A stretch of 64,000 nucleotides of DNA from Candidatus Omnitrophota bacterium. GTDB lineage: Bacteria > Omnitrophota > Omnitrophia > Omnitrophales > Aquincolibacteriaceae. How positions within the stretch are numbered: position 1 is the stretch's first letter; each line of letters begins with the position of its first letter. A program made the position numbers and the translations under genes. Of this stretch, positions 17,397 through 26,597 are shown piece by piece. The stretch lies in NCBI GenBank assembly GCA_023247055.1, contig JAHFHF010000003.1, positions 36,367-100,366 of the forward strand, in the 5' to 3' direction. Below the pieces are notes generated by a model. The model saw only the letters and a program-made list of their open reading frames with translations, did not search any database and was not told the origin of the DNA.

Positions 17397-18373
17397 AAGA
17401 TCAGTTCGGAAGGACTTTAGAGTATCTGCGCATTTCCGTGGTCGACCGCTGCAATTTACGCTGCGTTTACTGCATGCCGGCTTCGGGCGCGGGTTTTGAC
17501 CCCTGGGCCGAACTTTTGACTTATGATGAAATTGTCACGCTGACGGGTTATTTTGCGGAAATGGGTATCCGCAAGGTCCGGCTGACCGGAGGCGAACCGC
17601 TGGTACGGCCCGGCATGGCCGGCCTGATCACGCGGCTTAAAAAAATTCCGGGCATCGAAGAACTGGCCTTGTCGACCAACGGCGTCTTACTGAAAGACCA
17701 GGCGCGCCAGCTGCGTGACGCGGGCCTGGACCGGATCAATGTCAGCCTCGATACGCTGCGCCGTGACCGTTTCAAAGAAATTGCCAAAATGGACCGTCTG
17801 CATGACGTGCTTGAGGGCATTGAAGAAGCCCTGCGCGTTGGACTGCGGCCCGTCAAAATGAATACGGTTTTGATGAAAGGCGTCAACGAAGATGAAATTC
17901 TGGATTTGGTGCGGTTTGCGGTCGAACGCTCGATCGAAGTCCGTTTCATTGAATTGATGCAGACGCATCAGAATGTGCCGCTGGACCCGCTGAAAACTTT
18001 TTTGAGCGTAGAAGAAGCCCGGGCCATCATCGAAAAAGAATTCCGCTTAGTCCCGTTTGACACGTACTTTTCCTCGCCGGCTAAAGTTTTTTTGATTGCA
18101 GGCACAAACGCGCGGGTGGGACTCATCAGTCCGCTGTCCTGCTTTTTTTGCACGCGCTGCAACCGCCTGCGCCTTAAAGCCAACGGATTCCTTAAAACCT
18201 GCCTGCACGGCAAAGAAGATTTAGATTTGAAAACGCTTGTGCGCGCCGGTGTTCCTAAAGAAGAAATCCAGCAGCGCATCGCCGGAGTAGTTTTTACGCG
18301 CCCGGAGCAGCATTTTTTAAATGAAAAAGATGTTCCGCACAAAGATTTCCAAATGTCGCATGTGGGAGGCTGA
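17393..18373 (+). CDS. moaA: GTP 3',8-cyclase
   Basis: YLRISVVDRCNLRCVYCMP, FCTRCNRLRL, C-terminal GG. Confidence 0.95.
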   Translation: MKDQFGRTLEYLRISVVDRCNLRCVYCMPASGAGFDPWAELLTYDEIVTLTGYFAEMGIRKVRLTGGEPLVRPGMAGLITRLKKIPGIEELALSTNGVLLKDQARQLRDAGLDRINVSLDTLRRDRFKEIAKMDRLHDVLEGIEEALRVGLRPVKMNTVLMKGVNEDEILDLVRFAVERSIEVRFIELMQTHQNVPLDPLKTFLSVEEARAIIEKEFRLVPFDTYFSSPAKVFLIAGTNARVGLISPLSCFFCTRCNRLRLKANGFLKTCLHGKEDLDLKTLVRAGVPKEEIQQRIAGVVFTRPEQHFLNEKDVPHKDFQMSHVGG

Positions 18374-18378
18374 AGCGG

Positions 18379-18624
18379 GTGAAAGTGAAACTGCTTTTTT
18401 TTGCGCAGCTTAAGGATTTCATTCAGGCGCCGGAACTGGTTTTGGAACTCGCGGGCCCGCTCTCGTGCCGCGAGGCCTCGGACACTCTCGGAAGGCAATA
18501 CCCCGGAGCCGGCTCGATTTTAGATCAATGCGCGGTTGCGCGAAATGGTCTCTTAGTTCCGGAAAACGCCATGCTGGAAGACGGAGACGAACTCGCCCTG
18601 CTGCCGCCCGTGAGCGGAGGATAA
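18379..18624 (+). CDS. moaD: Molybdopterin synthase sulfur carrier
   Basis: 81 aa ending LPPVSGG. Confidence 0.93.
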   Translation: MKVKLLFFAQLKDFIQAPELVLELAGPLSCREASDTLGRQYPGAGSILDQCAVARNGLLVPENAMLEDGDELALLPPVSGG

Positions 18625-18632
18625 TTTTAAAG

Positions 18633-19169
18633 GTGCCGACATCAAATTGTCTGACCTATGAAACGATCGACGCCCGGACGTTTATAACCACGGGTGAAGC
18701 TGCGGGTACGGCAGGAGGCACCGTTCTTTTTTTTGGAATAGTCCGCAATCAAGCGCTGCAGCGACAGGTCACGCATTTAGTCTATGAGGCCTACGAGCCG
18801 CTGGCCGAACGGATGATCGATGAACTTATTTCAAAAGCCATGCGCATTTGGCCTCTTTTGCGCATTCAGGTTTTGCACCGGCTTGGACGCGTTGAGGCGG
18901 GTGAAATCGCTGTTGCGATTGAAGTCATCAGCAAACACCGCGATGAAGCTTACAAAGCCTCGCGCTTTTTAATCGACCAGATTAAGACCGATGTGCCTGT
19001 GTGGAAAAAAGAATATTTTGAAGACGGGTCTTACCGCTGGGGCCAGTGCGAGCACAAAACCGTAGCGGCCGGTCGCGACCGGCCACTACTTGACGGTACG
19101 CGTCATTGCGAGTCCACGGAAGCTGTTATGGCGGACGAAGCAATCTCAGGGCATGACATAGGGACGTGA
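18633..19169 (+). CDS. moaE: Molybdopterin synthase catalytic subunit with repeat-derived C-terminal tail
   Basis: FFGIVRN, YEAYEPLA, HRLG, HRDEAY, PVWKKE; start approximate. Confidence 0.9.
   Translation: MPTSNCLTYETIDARTFITTGEAAGTAGGTVLFFGIVRNQALQRQVTHLVYEAYEPLAERMIDELISKAMRIWPLLRIQVLHRLGRVEAGEIAVAIEVISKHRDEAYKASRFLIDQIKTDVPVWKKEYFEDGSYRWGQCEHKTVAAGRDRPLLDGTRHCESTEAVMADEAISGHDIGT
19062..19147. repeat. Family F (19062-19089) and family A half (19101-19147) elements inside the moaE 3' end
   Basis: GTAGCGGCCGGTCGCGACCGGCCACTAC; CGTCATTGCGAG...GACGAAGCAATCTC. Confidence 0.75.
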
Positions 19170-20518
19170 GAAATATGCTGGAACATCAAGAGGCGCTTGA
19201 AAAAATTTTTAAATTCTCAAAAACACTCCCCATCTCTCAAGTCCCCTTAGAAATGGCGTTGGGGCAGGTCTTGAGCAAAGACCTCCGCGCCTCCTTCCCA
19301 TTGCCTTCTTTCGATAATTCGGCGGTGGATGGTTATGCGCTGCGTTTCCCGGTTTGTCATTCTGAGCCCGGCAAGATTGGAGGGGCGAAGAATCTCAGAA
19401 CGAGATCCTTCGCTTCGCTTCCGCCACTAAAGCGTCGGCGGGCAAGCATGATGACAAATAATTTTACGCTCAAGGTCGCCGGAGAAATTGCGGCGGGTGC
19501 AAAAAATCCGCCCAAATTAATTCCCGGAACGGCCGCCCAGATTTTTACCGGTGCACCGGTCCCTGCCGGAACGGAAGCGGTGGTCATGCAGGAAAAGTGT
19601 GCTCGTGAAAATGGCCGTGTCCAATTTTCCGGCGCGCCCGTTCCGCTTGAAAATATCCGGTTCAAGGGCGAGGACATCCAAAAAGGGGAACTCCTTTTAA
19701 ACAAGGGAACAGTGTTAGGGGCGGCCCAGATTGGGCTTTTGGCCGCGGCCGGCTATGCGAAAGTTCCGGTCATTCGCAAACCGCAAGTGACAGTCCTGGC
19801 CACAGGCAATGAACTCAAAAAACCCGGAGAAAAAATAAAATCCGGTCAGATTTTTGATTCCAATACGCCGCTCTTGCGGGCACTTCTTGAGGAAAACGCA
19901 TGCGCCGTCTCTGCGCTGCCATCCGGCCGCGATTCTCGCGCCGCACTCCAAAGAAAAATCCGTCAAGGTCTCAAAGCCGATGTGTTTTTAATTGCCGGAG
20001 GCGTTTCCGTGGGGAAATACGACCTGGTCAAAGAGCTTTTGCGCGAAGCCGGGGTGCGCGAAATTTTTTGGAAGGTCAACATCAAGCCCGGCAAACCACT
20101 TTTTTTCGGCCGCAAAGGGAAAACGCTGGTCTTTGGCCTGCCGGGCAATCCAGTTTCCGTTTTTGTGACTTTTTCCGAGTATGTCAAACCCTGCCTTCAA
20201 AAGCTTCAAGGAAAAGCAGCGCACGCGGTTTTTGAAAAAGCAAAAATGGCTGCGGATTTTAAAAATGGCCCGCGCCGGCATTTTGTCCGCTGCGTGGTTG
20301 AGCAGGGGACTGCGGCGCCTCTCGCCGGGCAGGGGTCACACATGATTCGTTCGCTGGCGCAAGCCAATGCAATTTTGGAAGTTCCACCGAATGAATTCTT
20401 GCCTAAAAACCGGGAAGTGACTGTGAAATTGTTCGGTGAGCCTTTGCCAAGAAGTCTGTCGCATTCCGTAGTGGCAATTCATGAATTGCCACTACAAAAG
20501 GCAGTTCAAAAGCATTAA
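19166..20518 (+). CDS. moeA: Molybdopterin molybdenumtransferase
   Basis: PSFDNSAVDGYA, IFTGAPVP, ATGNEL, GGVSVGKYD, KPGKP, GLPGNPVS. Confidence 0.95.
   Translation: MRNMLEHQEALEKIFKFSKTLPISQVPLEMALGQVLSKDLRASFPLPSFDNSAVDGYALRFPVCHSEPGKIGGAKNLRTRSFASLPPLKRRRASMMTNNFTLKVAGEIAAGAKNPPKLIPGTAAQIFTGAPVPAGTEAVVMQEKCARENGRVQFSGAPVPLENIRFKGEDIQKGELLLNKGTVLGAAQIGLLAAAGYAKVPVIRKPQVTVLATGNELKKPGEKIKSGQIFDSNTPLLRALLEENACAVSALPSGRDSRAALQRKIRQGLKADVFLIAGGVSVGKYDLVKELLREAGVREIFWKVNIKPGKPLFFGRKGKTLVFGLPGNPVSVFVTFSEYVKPCLQKLQGKAAHAVFEKAKMAADFKNGPRRHFVRCVVEQGTAAPLAGQGSHMIRSLAQANAILEVPPNEFLPKNREVTVKLFGEPLPRSLSHSVVAIHELPLQKAVQKH
19355..19456. repeat. Family B element in frame inside moeA
   Basis: TGTCATTCTGAG...GCGAAGAATCTC / GAGATCCTTCGC...ATGACA; 102 bp = 34 codons. 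Confidence 0.85.
20468..20495. repeat. Family F perfect 28-bp palindrome in the moeA 3' end
   Basis: GTAGTGGCAATTCATGAATTGCCACTAC, identical to 25690-25717. Confidence 0.9.
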
Positions 20519-20520
20519 GG

Positions 20521-21093
20521 ATGACGCCTCAAAAAAATCCAGGAGATGATGCTATGAAAACGTTTGCAGTTGTAGGCCGTAAAGGCGCCGGCCGGTCCGA
20601 ATCTCTGCTGGCGCTCGTGGCTGAATTGAAAAAACGCGGCCACCGCGTGGGCGTGGTGCGCCATTTACAGCGCGATGACCTGGAAATCGATCAGCCCGGC
20701 AAAGATACGTACAACTACCGGATGCAGGGTGCGGAGAAAGTCATTCTCTCGGGCCGCAAACGCTGCGCTGTTTTTGAAAACCGCAGCGAAGAATATTCGG
20801 CGGCCGAACTTTTGGAAGCTTTTCAGGGCTATGATTTCATCTTTTTTGAAGAATATTATTTAGCGGACATGCCTACGATTAAGATTCCCCATTCCATGGG
20901 GAAAAACCCGCAAGCGTTGGCGGGTTTCGTGGAGCAGTTTCCCCCCTCTAACTCCCCCCGAAGAGCACGGGGGGAGAAAAATGCTGCTCATTCTTTATTT
21001 CATCGCCGTGTTGTTGAGGAAGAGAAAAAAAGAAAATCAATTCTGGTTTCCTCCCCCGCGCTTTTCGGGGGAGGATCAAGGAGGGGGAAATGA
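20521..21093 (+). CDS. mobB: MobB-like protein (degenerate P-loop, repeat-derived tail)
   Basis: ELKKRGHRVGVVRH, EIDQPGKDTY; P-loop reads GRKGAGRS. Confidence 0.8.
   Translation: MTPQKNPGDDAMKTFAVVGRKGAGRSESLLALVAELKKRGHRVGVVRHLQRDDLEIDQPGKDTYNYRMQGAEKVILSGRKRCAVFENRSEEYSAAELLEAFQGYDFIFFEEYYLADMPTIKIPHSMGKNPQALAGFVEQFPPSNSPRRARGEKNAAHSLFHRRVVEEEKKRKSILVSSPALFGGGSRRGK
20940..21089. repeat. Family D element forming the mobB 3' end
   Basis: CCCCCCTCTAACTCCCCCCG...GGGGGAGAA...TTCCTCCCCCG...GGGGGAGG; matches 31987-32090. Confidence 0.85.
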
Positions 21094-21689
21094 GCGGCAT
21101 GGGCGCGATTATTCTCGCCGGCGGTGAAAGCCGCCGCATGGGTTTCGATAAAGCCTTGTTGCCGTATGCCGGTAAAACGTTATTGGAAGAGATCGTTCAG
21201 AGGGGCCGGCCTTTTTTTGAAGAGATTTATGTCGTTGTCGACCAGGCCAAAAAAACAAAGCGTCTTGACCTCTCAGGCGCCAAAGTTTTTGAAGACGTGG
21301 TTCCTAAAGCCGGTCCGCTGGCCGGGCTTTACACCGGCCTTTGTCACTCGGCATATCCGCTAAATATGGTTTTTACCGTCGATATGCCGTTTGTCGACGG
21401 AGCCTGTATTTTAGAACTCAAACACGCTGCGACGGAAAATCAATCCGACGTTTTTTGTTTTGAAACCAGCGATGGAAACGTGCAGCCTTTTCCCGGAATT
21501 TATGCCAAAGAATGCCTGCGCTGGATGCAGCTTTTGATGGATCAGAACACGCGATCCATGAAGCGGCTTTTTCAGATCGTTGACTGGCGCGCAATCCCTG
21601 CGGCCTCTGAAAAAGAACGAGTCTTTAAAAATTTAAATCAATGCGAAGATTACTGGAACACGCTGGATTTGCAGGGGAAGGCCCCATGA
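21090..21689 (+). CDS. mobA: Molybdenum cofactor guanylyltransferase
   Basis: ILAGGESRRMGFDKA, GPLAGL, VDMPF. Confidence 0.92.
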   Translation: MSGMGAIILAGGESRRMGFDKALLPYAGKTLLEEIVQRGRPFFEEIYVVVDQAKKTKRLDLSGAKVFEDVVPKAGPLAGLYTGLCHSAYPLNMVFTVDMPFVDGACILELKHAATENQSDVFCFETSDGNVQPFPGIYAKECLRWMQLLMDQNTRSMKRLFQIVDWRAIPAASEKERVFKNLNQCEDYWNTLDLQGKAP

Positions 21690-22162
21690 AAAAATCTTTT
21701 TTATCGCATCTTGATCGCGGCGGCCAAGCGCGCATGGTGGACGTGGGCGCCAAAAAAATAACGGCGCGTTATGCCAAAGCCGCCGGCGTTGTAAAAATGA
21801 AGCCTGCGACTTTGAAACTGCTGCGCAGCGGAAAAATCAAAAAAGGCGACGCTTTTACCGTGGCCAAAACCGCCGGCATTTTGGCGGTCAAAAAAACACC
21901 CGAGCTCGTTCCTCTCTGCCATCCGCTGCCGCTCGACCAAATCCAAATTGATTTTTCAGACTTACCGGCGCGGGATGGGGTAGAAATACAGGTGCAGGTC
22001 AAAACAGTTTCTAAAACCGGAGTTGAAATTGAAGCGTTGAACGGGGTTTTGATCACGGCGCTGACTCTCTATGACATGGCCAAATCGTATGATCCCGGGA
22101 TGACCATTACGGATGTGAAGCTGATTCAAAAAACAGGGGGCAAAAGTGACTATGCGCTTTAA
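21686..22162 (+). CDS. moaC: Cyclic pyranopterin monophosphate synthase
   Basis: SHLD...ARMVDVG.K, LVPLCHPL, KTGVEIEAL, YDMAK, KTGGKS. Confidence 0.95.
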   Translation: MKKSFLSHLDRGGQARMVDVGAKKITARYAKAAGVVKMKPATLKLLRSGKIKKGDAFTVAKTAGILAVKKTPELVPLCHPLPLDQIQIDFSDLPARDGVEIQVQVKTVSKTGVEIEALNGVLITALTLYDMAKSYDPGMTITDVKLIQKTGGKSDYAL

Positions 22163-22670
22163 AGCCGGCGTTCTTACGGCCAGTGACCGTTCTTTCCGCG
22201 GCGAGCGCGAAGATCAAAGCGGCACAATTCTGCGAGATTTACTGCTTGAATTGTCTTGCGACGTGGCCGTTTACCAAATCGTTCCCGATGACCGTACGCT
22301 TTTAGCGGCGGCTTTAAAAGATTGGACTGATCGTTTACACTGTGACCTGATTCTGACTACGGGCGGCACCGGCCTGGCACCCCGCGACCAAACGCCGGAT
22401 GCGACCCGCGATGTGATTGAAAAAGAAGTGCCCGGAATCATCCAGGCCATTCGCGAAGCAAGTCTTAAGAAAACGCCCATGGCCATGCTCTCGCGCGCTG
22501 TTGCGGGAGTCCGCGGACAAACGCTGATCATCAATTTACCCGGCAGTCCCAAGGGGGTGCGTGAAGCTTTTGAAACGATTCGTCCTGTTCTTCAGCATGC
22601 TGTTGAACTCATCCGAAATGAAGTGACCGATTGCCAGACTTTATCCTCCTTGCCGCACTCACATGCCTAG
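22152..22670 (+). CDS. mog: Molybdopterin adenylyltransferase (MogA/MoaB)
   Basis: LTASDR, TTGGTGLAPRDQTPDA, INLPGSPKG. Confidence 0.9.
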   Translation: MRFKAGVLTASDRSFRGEREDQSGTILRDLLLELSCDVAVYQIVPDDRTLLAAALKDWTDRLHCDLILTTGGTGLAPRDQTPDATRDVIEKEVPGIIQAIREASLKKTPMAMLSRAVAGVRGQTLIINLPGSPKGVREAFETIRPVLQHAVELIRNEVTDCQTLSSLPHSHA

Positions 22671-23431
22671 TTGCATTTATTTATTCGTCAGTCGGGCATG
22701 GCGGTGCCTCGGGTTATCTCGCGGTACTTTCTTTTTTTGCCGTTCCGCGCGACCCAATGGCTTCCAGCGCCTTGTGCCTGAATCTTCTGGTGGCGGGCCT
22801 TGCGTTTTATTCTTTCTATAAGGAGGGCTATTTTTCCTGGAAACTCACTTGGCCGTTTGTGCTCACTTCAGTTCCCGCGGCCTTTCTGGGCGGCCTGATT
22901 AAAATTCCGCCGGCTTTTTATGACAAGCTTCTGGCCGGCGCCCTTATCTTTGCGGGCTTTCGCCTGATGTTGGATGTCGAGAAAAAAAATAGCGGTTCTT
23001 ACAGCCTTTCTTTGTGCGGAGACAAAGACAGTCATGTACGCAGCGCTGTTGGCGCTGAGTCATTCCCGCCGCCTTTAACGGTTTCTCTTCCCACAGGCGC
23101 TGCGCTTGGTTTTCTTTCGGGGATGGTCGGTGTGGGCGGCGGAATTTTTTTAAGCCCGCTTTTGATCCTTTTCCGCTGGGCCGATCCGAAGACCGTGGCC
23201 GCGACGTCCGCTTTTTTTATTTGGGTCAATTCTTCTTCCGGGCTTTGGGGACGGTCTATGCGCGGAGGTTTTCAAATGCCGCCGCATCTTGTGCTGCTGC
23301 TCGCAGCGGCTTTTTTCGGAGGCATCGCGGGTTCACGGATCGGCGCCCGCCATTTTTCAGGCCTCTGGCTGAAGCGCATACTGGCCGTCGTGCTCTGGAT
23401 GGCCGTTATTAAACTGCTCAAACACGCCTAA
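22631..23431 (+). CDS. TauE/SafE (TSUP) family membrane protein
   Basis: YSSVGHGGASGY, GFLSGMVGVGGGIFLSP; multi-TM. Confidence 0.9.
   Translation: MPDFILLAALTCLVAFIYSSVGHGGASGYLAVLSFFAVPRDPMASSALCLNLLVAGLAFYSFYKEGYFSWKLTWPFVLTSVPAAFLGGLIKIPPAFYDKLLAGALIFAGFRLMLDVEKKNSGSYSLSLCGDKDSHVRSAVGAESFPPPLTVSLPTGAALGFLSGMVGVGGGIFLSPLLILFRWADPKTVAATSAFFIWVNSSSGLWGRSMRGGFQMPPHLVLLLAAAFFGGIAGSRIGARHFSGLWLKRILAVVLWMAVIKLLKHA
23010..23069. repeat. Family C unit (inverted) in frame inside the TSUP gene
   Basis: 51/58 identity to the reverse complement of the 5083-5140 unit, plus a 2-nt insertion giving 60 bp. Confidence 0.85.
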
Positions 23432-23701
23432 TCTTGCCTAAGGATCATGACCGTACCCTGCGGTCGATACGATTTCCCCTTCGAAATATGCGAAATTTAT
23501 TAACGACATCAAATCTCCAACCTCCGGCTGGAGAAATATCGTGGTCGTATATTAAAAAAAATCTCGCACCGCTGGTGCGAGAAATAAACGGATGTTTTTC
23601 TGAAATATAGGTGTCAATGGTTCCAGGTCTGGTCGGTTGAACCTGCATTTGGGCAACAACTTGTTGCCCAAATCCCATGGGACCACAACCTTGTCATCAT
23701 T

Positions 23702-23742
23702 AACGGTGCCGGGGTGGTGCCTGGCACCACCCCGGCACCGTT
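23702..23742. repeat. Family G perfect inverted repeat
   Basis: AACGGTGCCGGGGTGGTGCC-T-GGCACCACCCCGGCACCGTT (20-bp arms). Confidence 0.9.
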
Positions 23743-23802
23743 CTATGACAATAGAGCCCGCGGTGCTCCGCACCGGCCCAGCACCAAAATACCGGAATTT
23801 TT

Positions 23803-24111
23803 TCAGGCAGCTTTTTTTGAGGGGCGGATATGAATTTCAATTTCGCCGCTAAGGGCATCGACGATCTTAACGAGTGTTTCCAGGCTTAAATTGGAAGCTT
23901 CGTCATTTTCAATCTTGGCAATAAACGGCTGTGTCGCGCCTATGCGCCGGGCTAATTCCGCCTGAGTTATTCCTAACATCTCACGCAATTCGATAATCTG
24001 ACTAATGACTTTTAGACGCTGGACTCCGGCTTCTATTTTTTGCCGAAAACGCTTATTTTTCAGCAAAGGCTTCATCAACTCAGCGTGTGAAGGAATTCTC
24101 ATGGGTTTCAT
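23803..24111 (-). CDS. HTH_XRE antitoxin (HigA-like)
   Basis: LREMLGITQAELARRIGATQPFIAKIEN...SLETLVKIVDAL. Confidence 0.85.
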   Translation of the reverse strand: MKPMRIPSHAELMKPLLKNKRFRQKIEAGVQRLKVISQIIELREMLGITQAELARRIGATQPFIAKIENDEASNLSLETLVKIVDALSGEIEIHIRPSKKAA

Positions 24112-24476
24112 TTTTCAACCTCACCGGTATAAAACAGGCCTTTATCCCACCTGCCGATAAAATCGTTCATGTTAGCTAAAGCTATGCTTATTTCTTGCTG
24201 CGGAACAGCATCTGTTTTCTTTCGAAATGCATGGACTAGCACGACATAATCTTTCAGCGTAAAAAAATAAAGGATACGTGACTGTTTAGGCCGCAGTTCA
24301 TAAAGCTTATTCCCCAAATAATCTCCGATGGGCCTCCTGACTTGCTCACCGACATCCGCAAGATAGGTGATGTACTCCAGGCATTTATGTTTTTCAGAAG
24401 GCGCTAATCCTTGAATGAACGTCCAGACTGGATTACGGCCTTTTTGATCAATGTAATACAGAACATGTTTACGCAT
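24108..24476 (-). CDS. RelE/ParE-superfamily (Gp49/HigB-like) toxin
   Basis: KLYELRP...RILYF....VVLVHAFRKKT; toxin precedes antitoxin. Confidence 0.85.
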   Translation of the reverse strand: MRKHVLYYIDQKGRNPVWTFIQGLAPSEKHKCLEYITYLADVGEQVRRPIGDYLGNKLYELRPKQSRILYFFTLKDYVVLVHAFRKKTDAVPQQEISIALANMNDFIGRWDKGLFYTGEVEK

Positions 24477-24479
24477 AAA

Positions 24480-24508
24480 ATTATATAACCTTAAAGTTAT
24501 AAAGTCAA
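24480..24508 (-). promoter_or_regulatory. Sigma-70 promoter with palindromic operator for TA pair 1
   Basis: Minus strand TTGACT-17-TATAAT; near-perfect palindrome TATAACCTTAAAGTTATA at 24484-24501. Confidence 0.7.
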
Positions 24509-24843
24509 ATTTATAAAAATTATAATAATAAATAATTATATTAATTTAAAATTAAATAACAAGATTAAACGGCTGATTCGCAGGTATAAAATCGAAAAAC
24601 TAAAAATCGCTAGCAATTGCTAGACGGATAGAGGGAGATTGCCGGGTGTCGGGGGTAGACGTTATACTACGCTTTCACCCAAGAAAAACGATGCTAAACC
24701 AGCGCTTTTTGTTGAGTCCGGCACCTGCACAGTACCGAGAAGTTCACTGACACTTGAAAAACTTCGCCATCCGCACGGCTCGGTACCGGGCCTTTGCTGG
24801 CTGAACCACTCTATCTGACCAAATACATTGAGCGGAGTAACTG

Positions 24844-24875
24844 TAACCGGACGCCGTCCGGCGGGAGACGTTAGC
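24844..24875. repeat. Family H motif
   Basis: TAACCGGACGCCGTCCGGCGGGAGACGTTAGC; related copies at 50791-50816 and 50920-50951. Confidence 0.75.
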
Positions 24876-25058
24876 TGCGTCTGAGTATTTAAGGTGATTA
24901 GGAAAAAATGAGAATGAAGCATAAGACTCTTTCCGCGGCACTGCTTACTTTATCGCTTATTATATTTTCTGTGGCTATACCTAATAGTGCAGAGATCCTG
25001 GTGACAGACACTCAGAAAGGGACAGTCATACAAATTCCGTGGGCAAGTTCCTGATTTT

Positions 25059-25661
25059 ATGGAGAAAATTCCAATGACGTCTTCGCGCTTTAATGCGGCT
25101 ATCCAAAAAATAGACCAGGCTAACGCGCAGGATCCGAACCGCGAAAGTTTTCATGGAAAAGACTACCCTAAAGAACTTCTCTACAGCATTCGCATGAGCG
25201 CTTGGCTGGATAAGCTGCGGCCCGAGGCCCCGGATTTTTTGAAGCTTGCGGCGCGCGCCCAGCATCTCCGGCGCTGGGAAGTCCCGCGTTCTTCATATCC
25301 GATGGACCGCGCCGGCTATTTGAAATGGCGGACGTTTCTTTATGTATACCATGCCGACAAAGCCGTGGAGATTTTGCGCGAAACCGGCTATGACGAGGAG
25401 ACAATCCAAAAAGTCCGCACGTTGTTGCTCAAGCAGAATATCAAGACCAATCCGGACATGCAGTTCTTAGAAGACGTGATCTGCCTGGTATTTCTCGAAA
25501 ATTACTTCGCGGATTTTTCCAAACAGCATGATGAAGAAAAAATGATTCTGATTGTCCAAAAAACCTGGAAAAAAATGTCCGAAGAGGGCCACCGCGCTGC
25601 CTTTCAAATTTCCATGAGTCCCGCCGCTGCAGCCCTTGTCCAAAAAGCCCTTAAATCGTAA
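25059..25661 (+). CDS. DUF4202 domain protein
   Basis: IDQANAQDPN, PKELLYS.RM, AARAQH.RRWEVPR..YPM.R.GYLKWR, LEDVICLVFL. Confidence 0.85.
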   Translation: MEKIPMTSSRFNAAIQKIDQANAQDPNRESFHGKDYPKELLYSIRMSAWLDKLRPEAPDFLKLAARAQHLRRWEVPRSSYPMDRAGYLKWRTFLYVYHADKAVEILRETGYDEETIQKVRTLLLKQNIKTNPDMQFLEDVICLVFLENYFADFSKQHDEEKMILIVQKTWKKMSEEGHRAAFQISMSPAAAALVQKALKS

Positions 25662-25683
25662 AAAGCAGCCTGTTTCCTTTTTC

Positions 25684-25723
25684 TCATTTGTAGTGGCAAT
25701 TCATGAATTGCCACTACAAATGA
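25684..25723. repeat. Family F 40-bp perfect palindrome, intergenic
   Basis: TCATTT-GTAGTGGCAATTCATGAATTGCCACTAC-AAATGA. Confidence 0.9.
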
Positions 25724-25801
25724 AGAAATAATTTTTTGACGGCCAAAAATGTTTGAATGCACTGCAAATTTTTGAATTAGAATGTTTCAGGGGTTAAATC
25801 C

Positions 25802-26536
25802 ATGCAGCGAAAAGGCCCATCATCAAAAAATCTGATACGCACGCTCTCGAAGCTCGGACTGTGTTCGCGTACGCAGGCGCTGGTGCATGTGCAGGCTGGA
25901 CGCGTCACGGTCAACGGCCGTTGTGTGACCGATCCCGGTTATGTTGTGCGGCCGCAGGACAAAATCAAATTGGATGGAACCGCCGCGAGGGTCCAGCCCA
26001 AACGCTATTTTCTTTTCCATAAACCCGCCGGCTGCGTGACTACCCGCCAGGATGAAAAAGGCCGCAAGACCGTCTACGATTATTTGGGTGAAATCGGCAG
26101 CTGGGTTTTTCCCGTAGGCCGTTTGGATCAGGATTCGGAAGGGTTGTTGATTCTGACGAACGACACGGCGTTCGGCCATCAGCTCACTGAACCGCGTTTT
26201 CAAGTGCCGCGAATTTATGAAATTTGGGTGCAGGGCCTGCTCACGCCGGAAGATCAAAAACAAATCAGCCGCGGCATCGAGATCGGCCGGGGAGAGATCG
26301 CGCGCGGAGCACGCCTAAAAATTTTAAAAGCCGGTCGTGAAGTATCGCATGCCGAGATCCGGCTGACGGAGGGAAAAAACCGCGAAGTCCGGCGCCTATT
26401 TGAAACGTTAGGCAAGCCCGTCACGCGGCTTTTACGCACGCATTTCGGCCCTTATCAACTTGGCAATCTGCCGCCCGGCACTTGGAAAGAAATTTTAAAT
26501 CCATCCGGGTTAAAATTGAACCCGGATCAATTTTAA
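25802..26536 (+). CDS. RsuA/RluB-family rRNA pseudouridine synthase
   Basis: S4 domain, HKPAG, PVGRLDQDSEGLLILTND, EGKNREVRR. Confidence 0.9.
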   Translation: MQRKGPSSKNLIRTLSKLGLCSRTQALVHVQAGRVTVNGRCVTDPGYVVRPQDKIKLDGTAARVQPKRYFLFHKPAGCVTTRQDEKGRKTVYDYLGEIGSWVFPVGRLDQDSEGLLILTNDTAFGHQLTEPRFQVPRIYEIWVQGLLTPEDQKQISRGIEIGRGEIARGARLKILKAGREVSHAEIRLTEGKNREVRRLFETLGKPVTRLLRTHFGPYQLGNLPPGTWKEILNPSGLKLNPDQF

Positions 26537-26597
26537 CCCGGACGAGAAGAGCGGCTCTTTAAGTGCTTACCCCTTAAGGATTTCCGTAAACCGGCCA

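Noticed and set aside
24844-24875. Integron attC site (also 50791, 50920, 31969)
   Set aside because: Family H motifs are about 26-32 nt, shorter than canonical attC sites, no integrase is present, and the 31.9-kb copy is better explained as a MITE with target duplication.
23445-24941. Short minus-strand ORFs flanking TA pair 1 as fragments of a disrupted gene
   Set aside because: No recognisable family motif, so this cannot be supported without a search.
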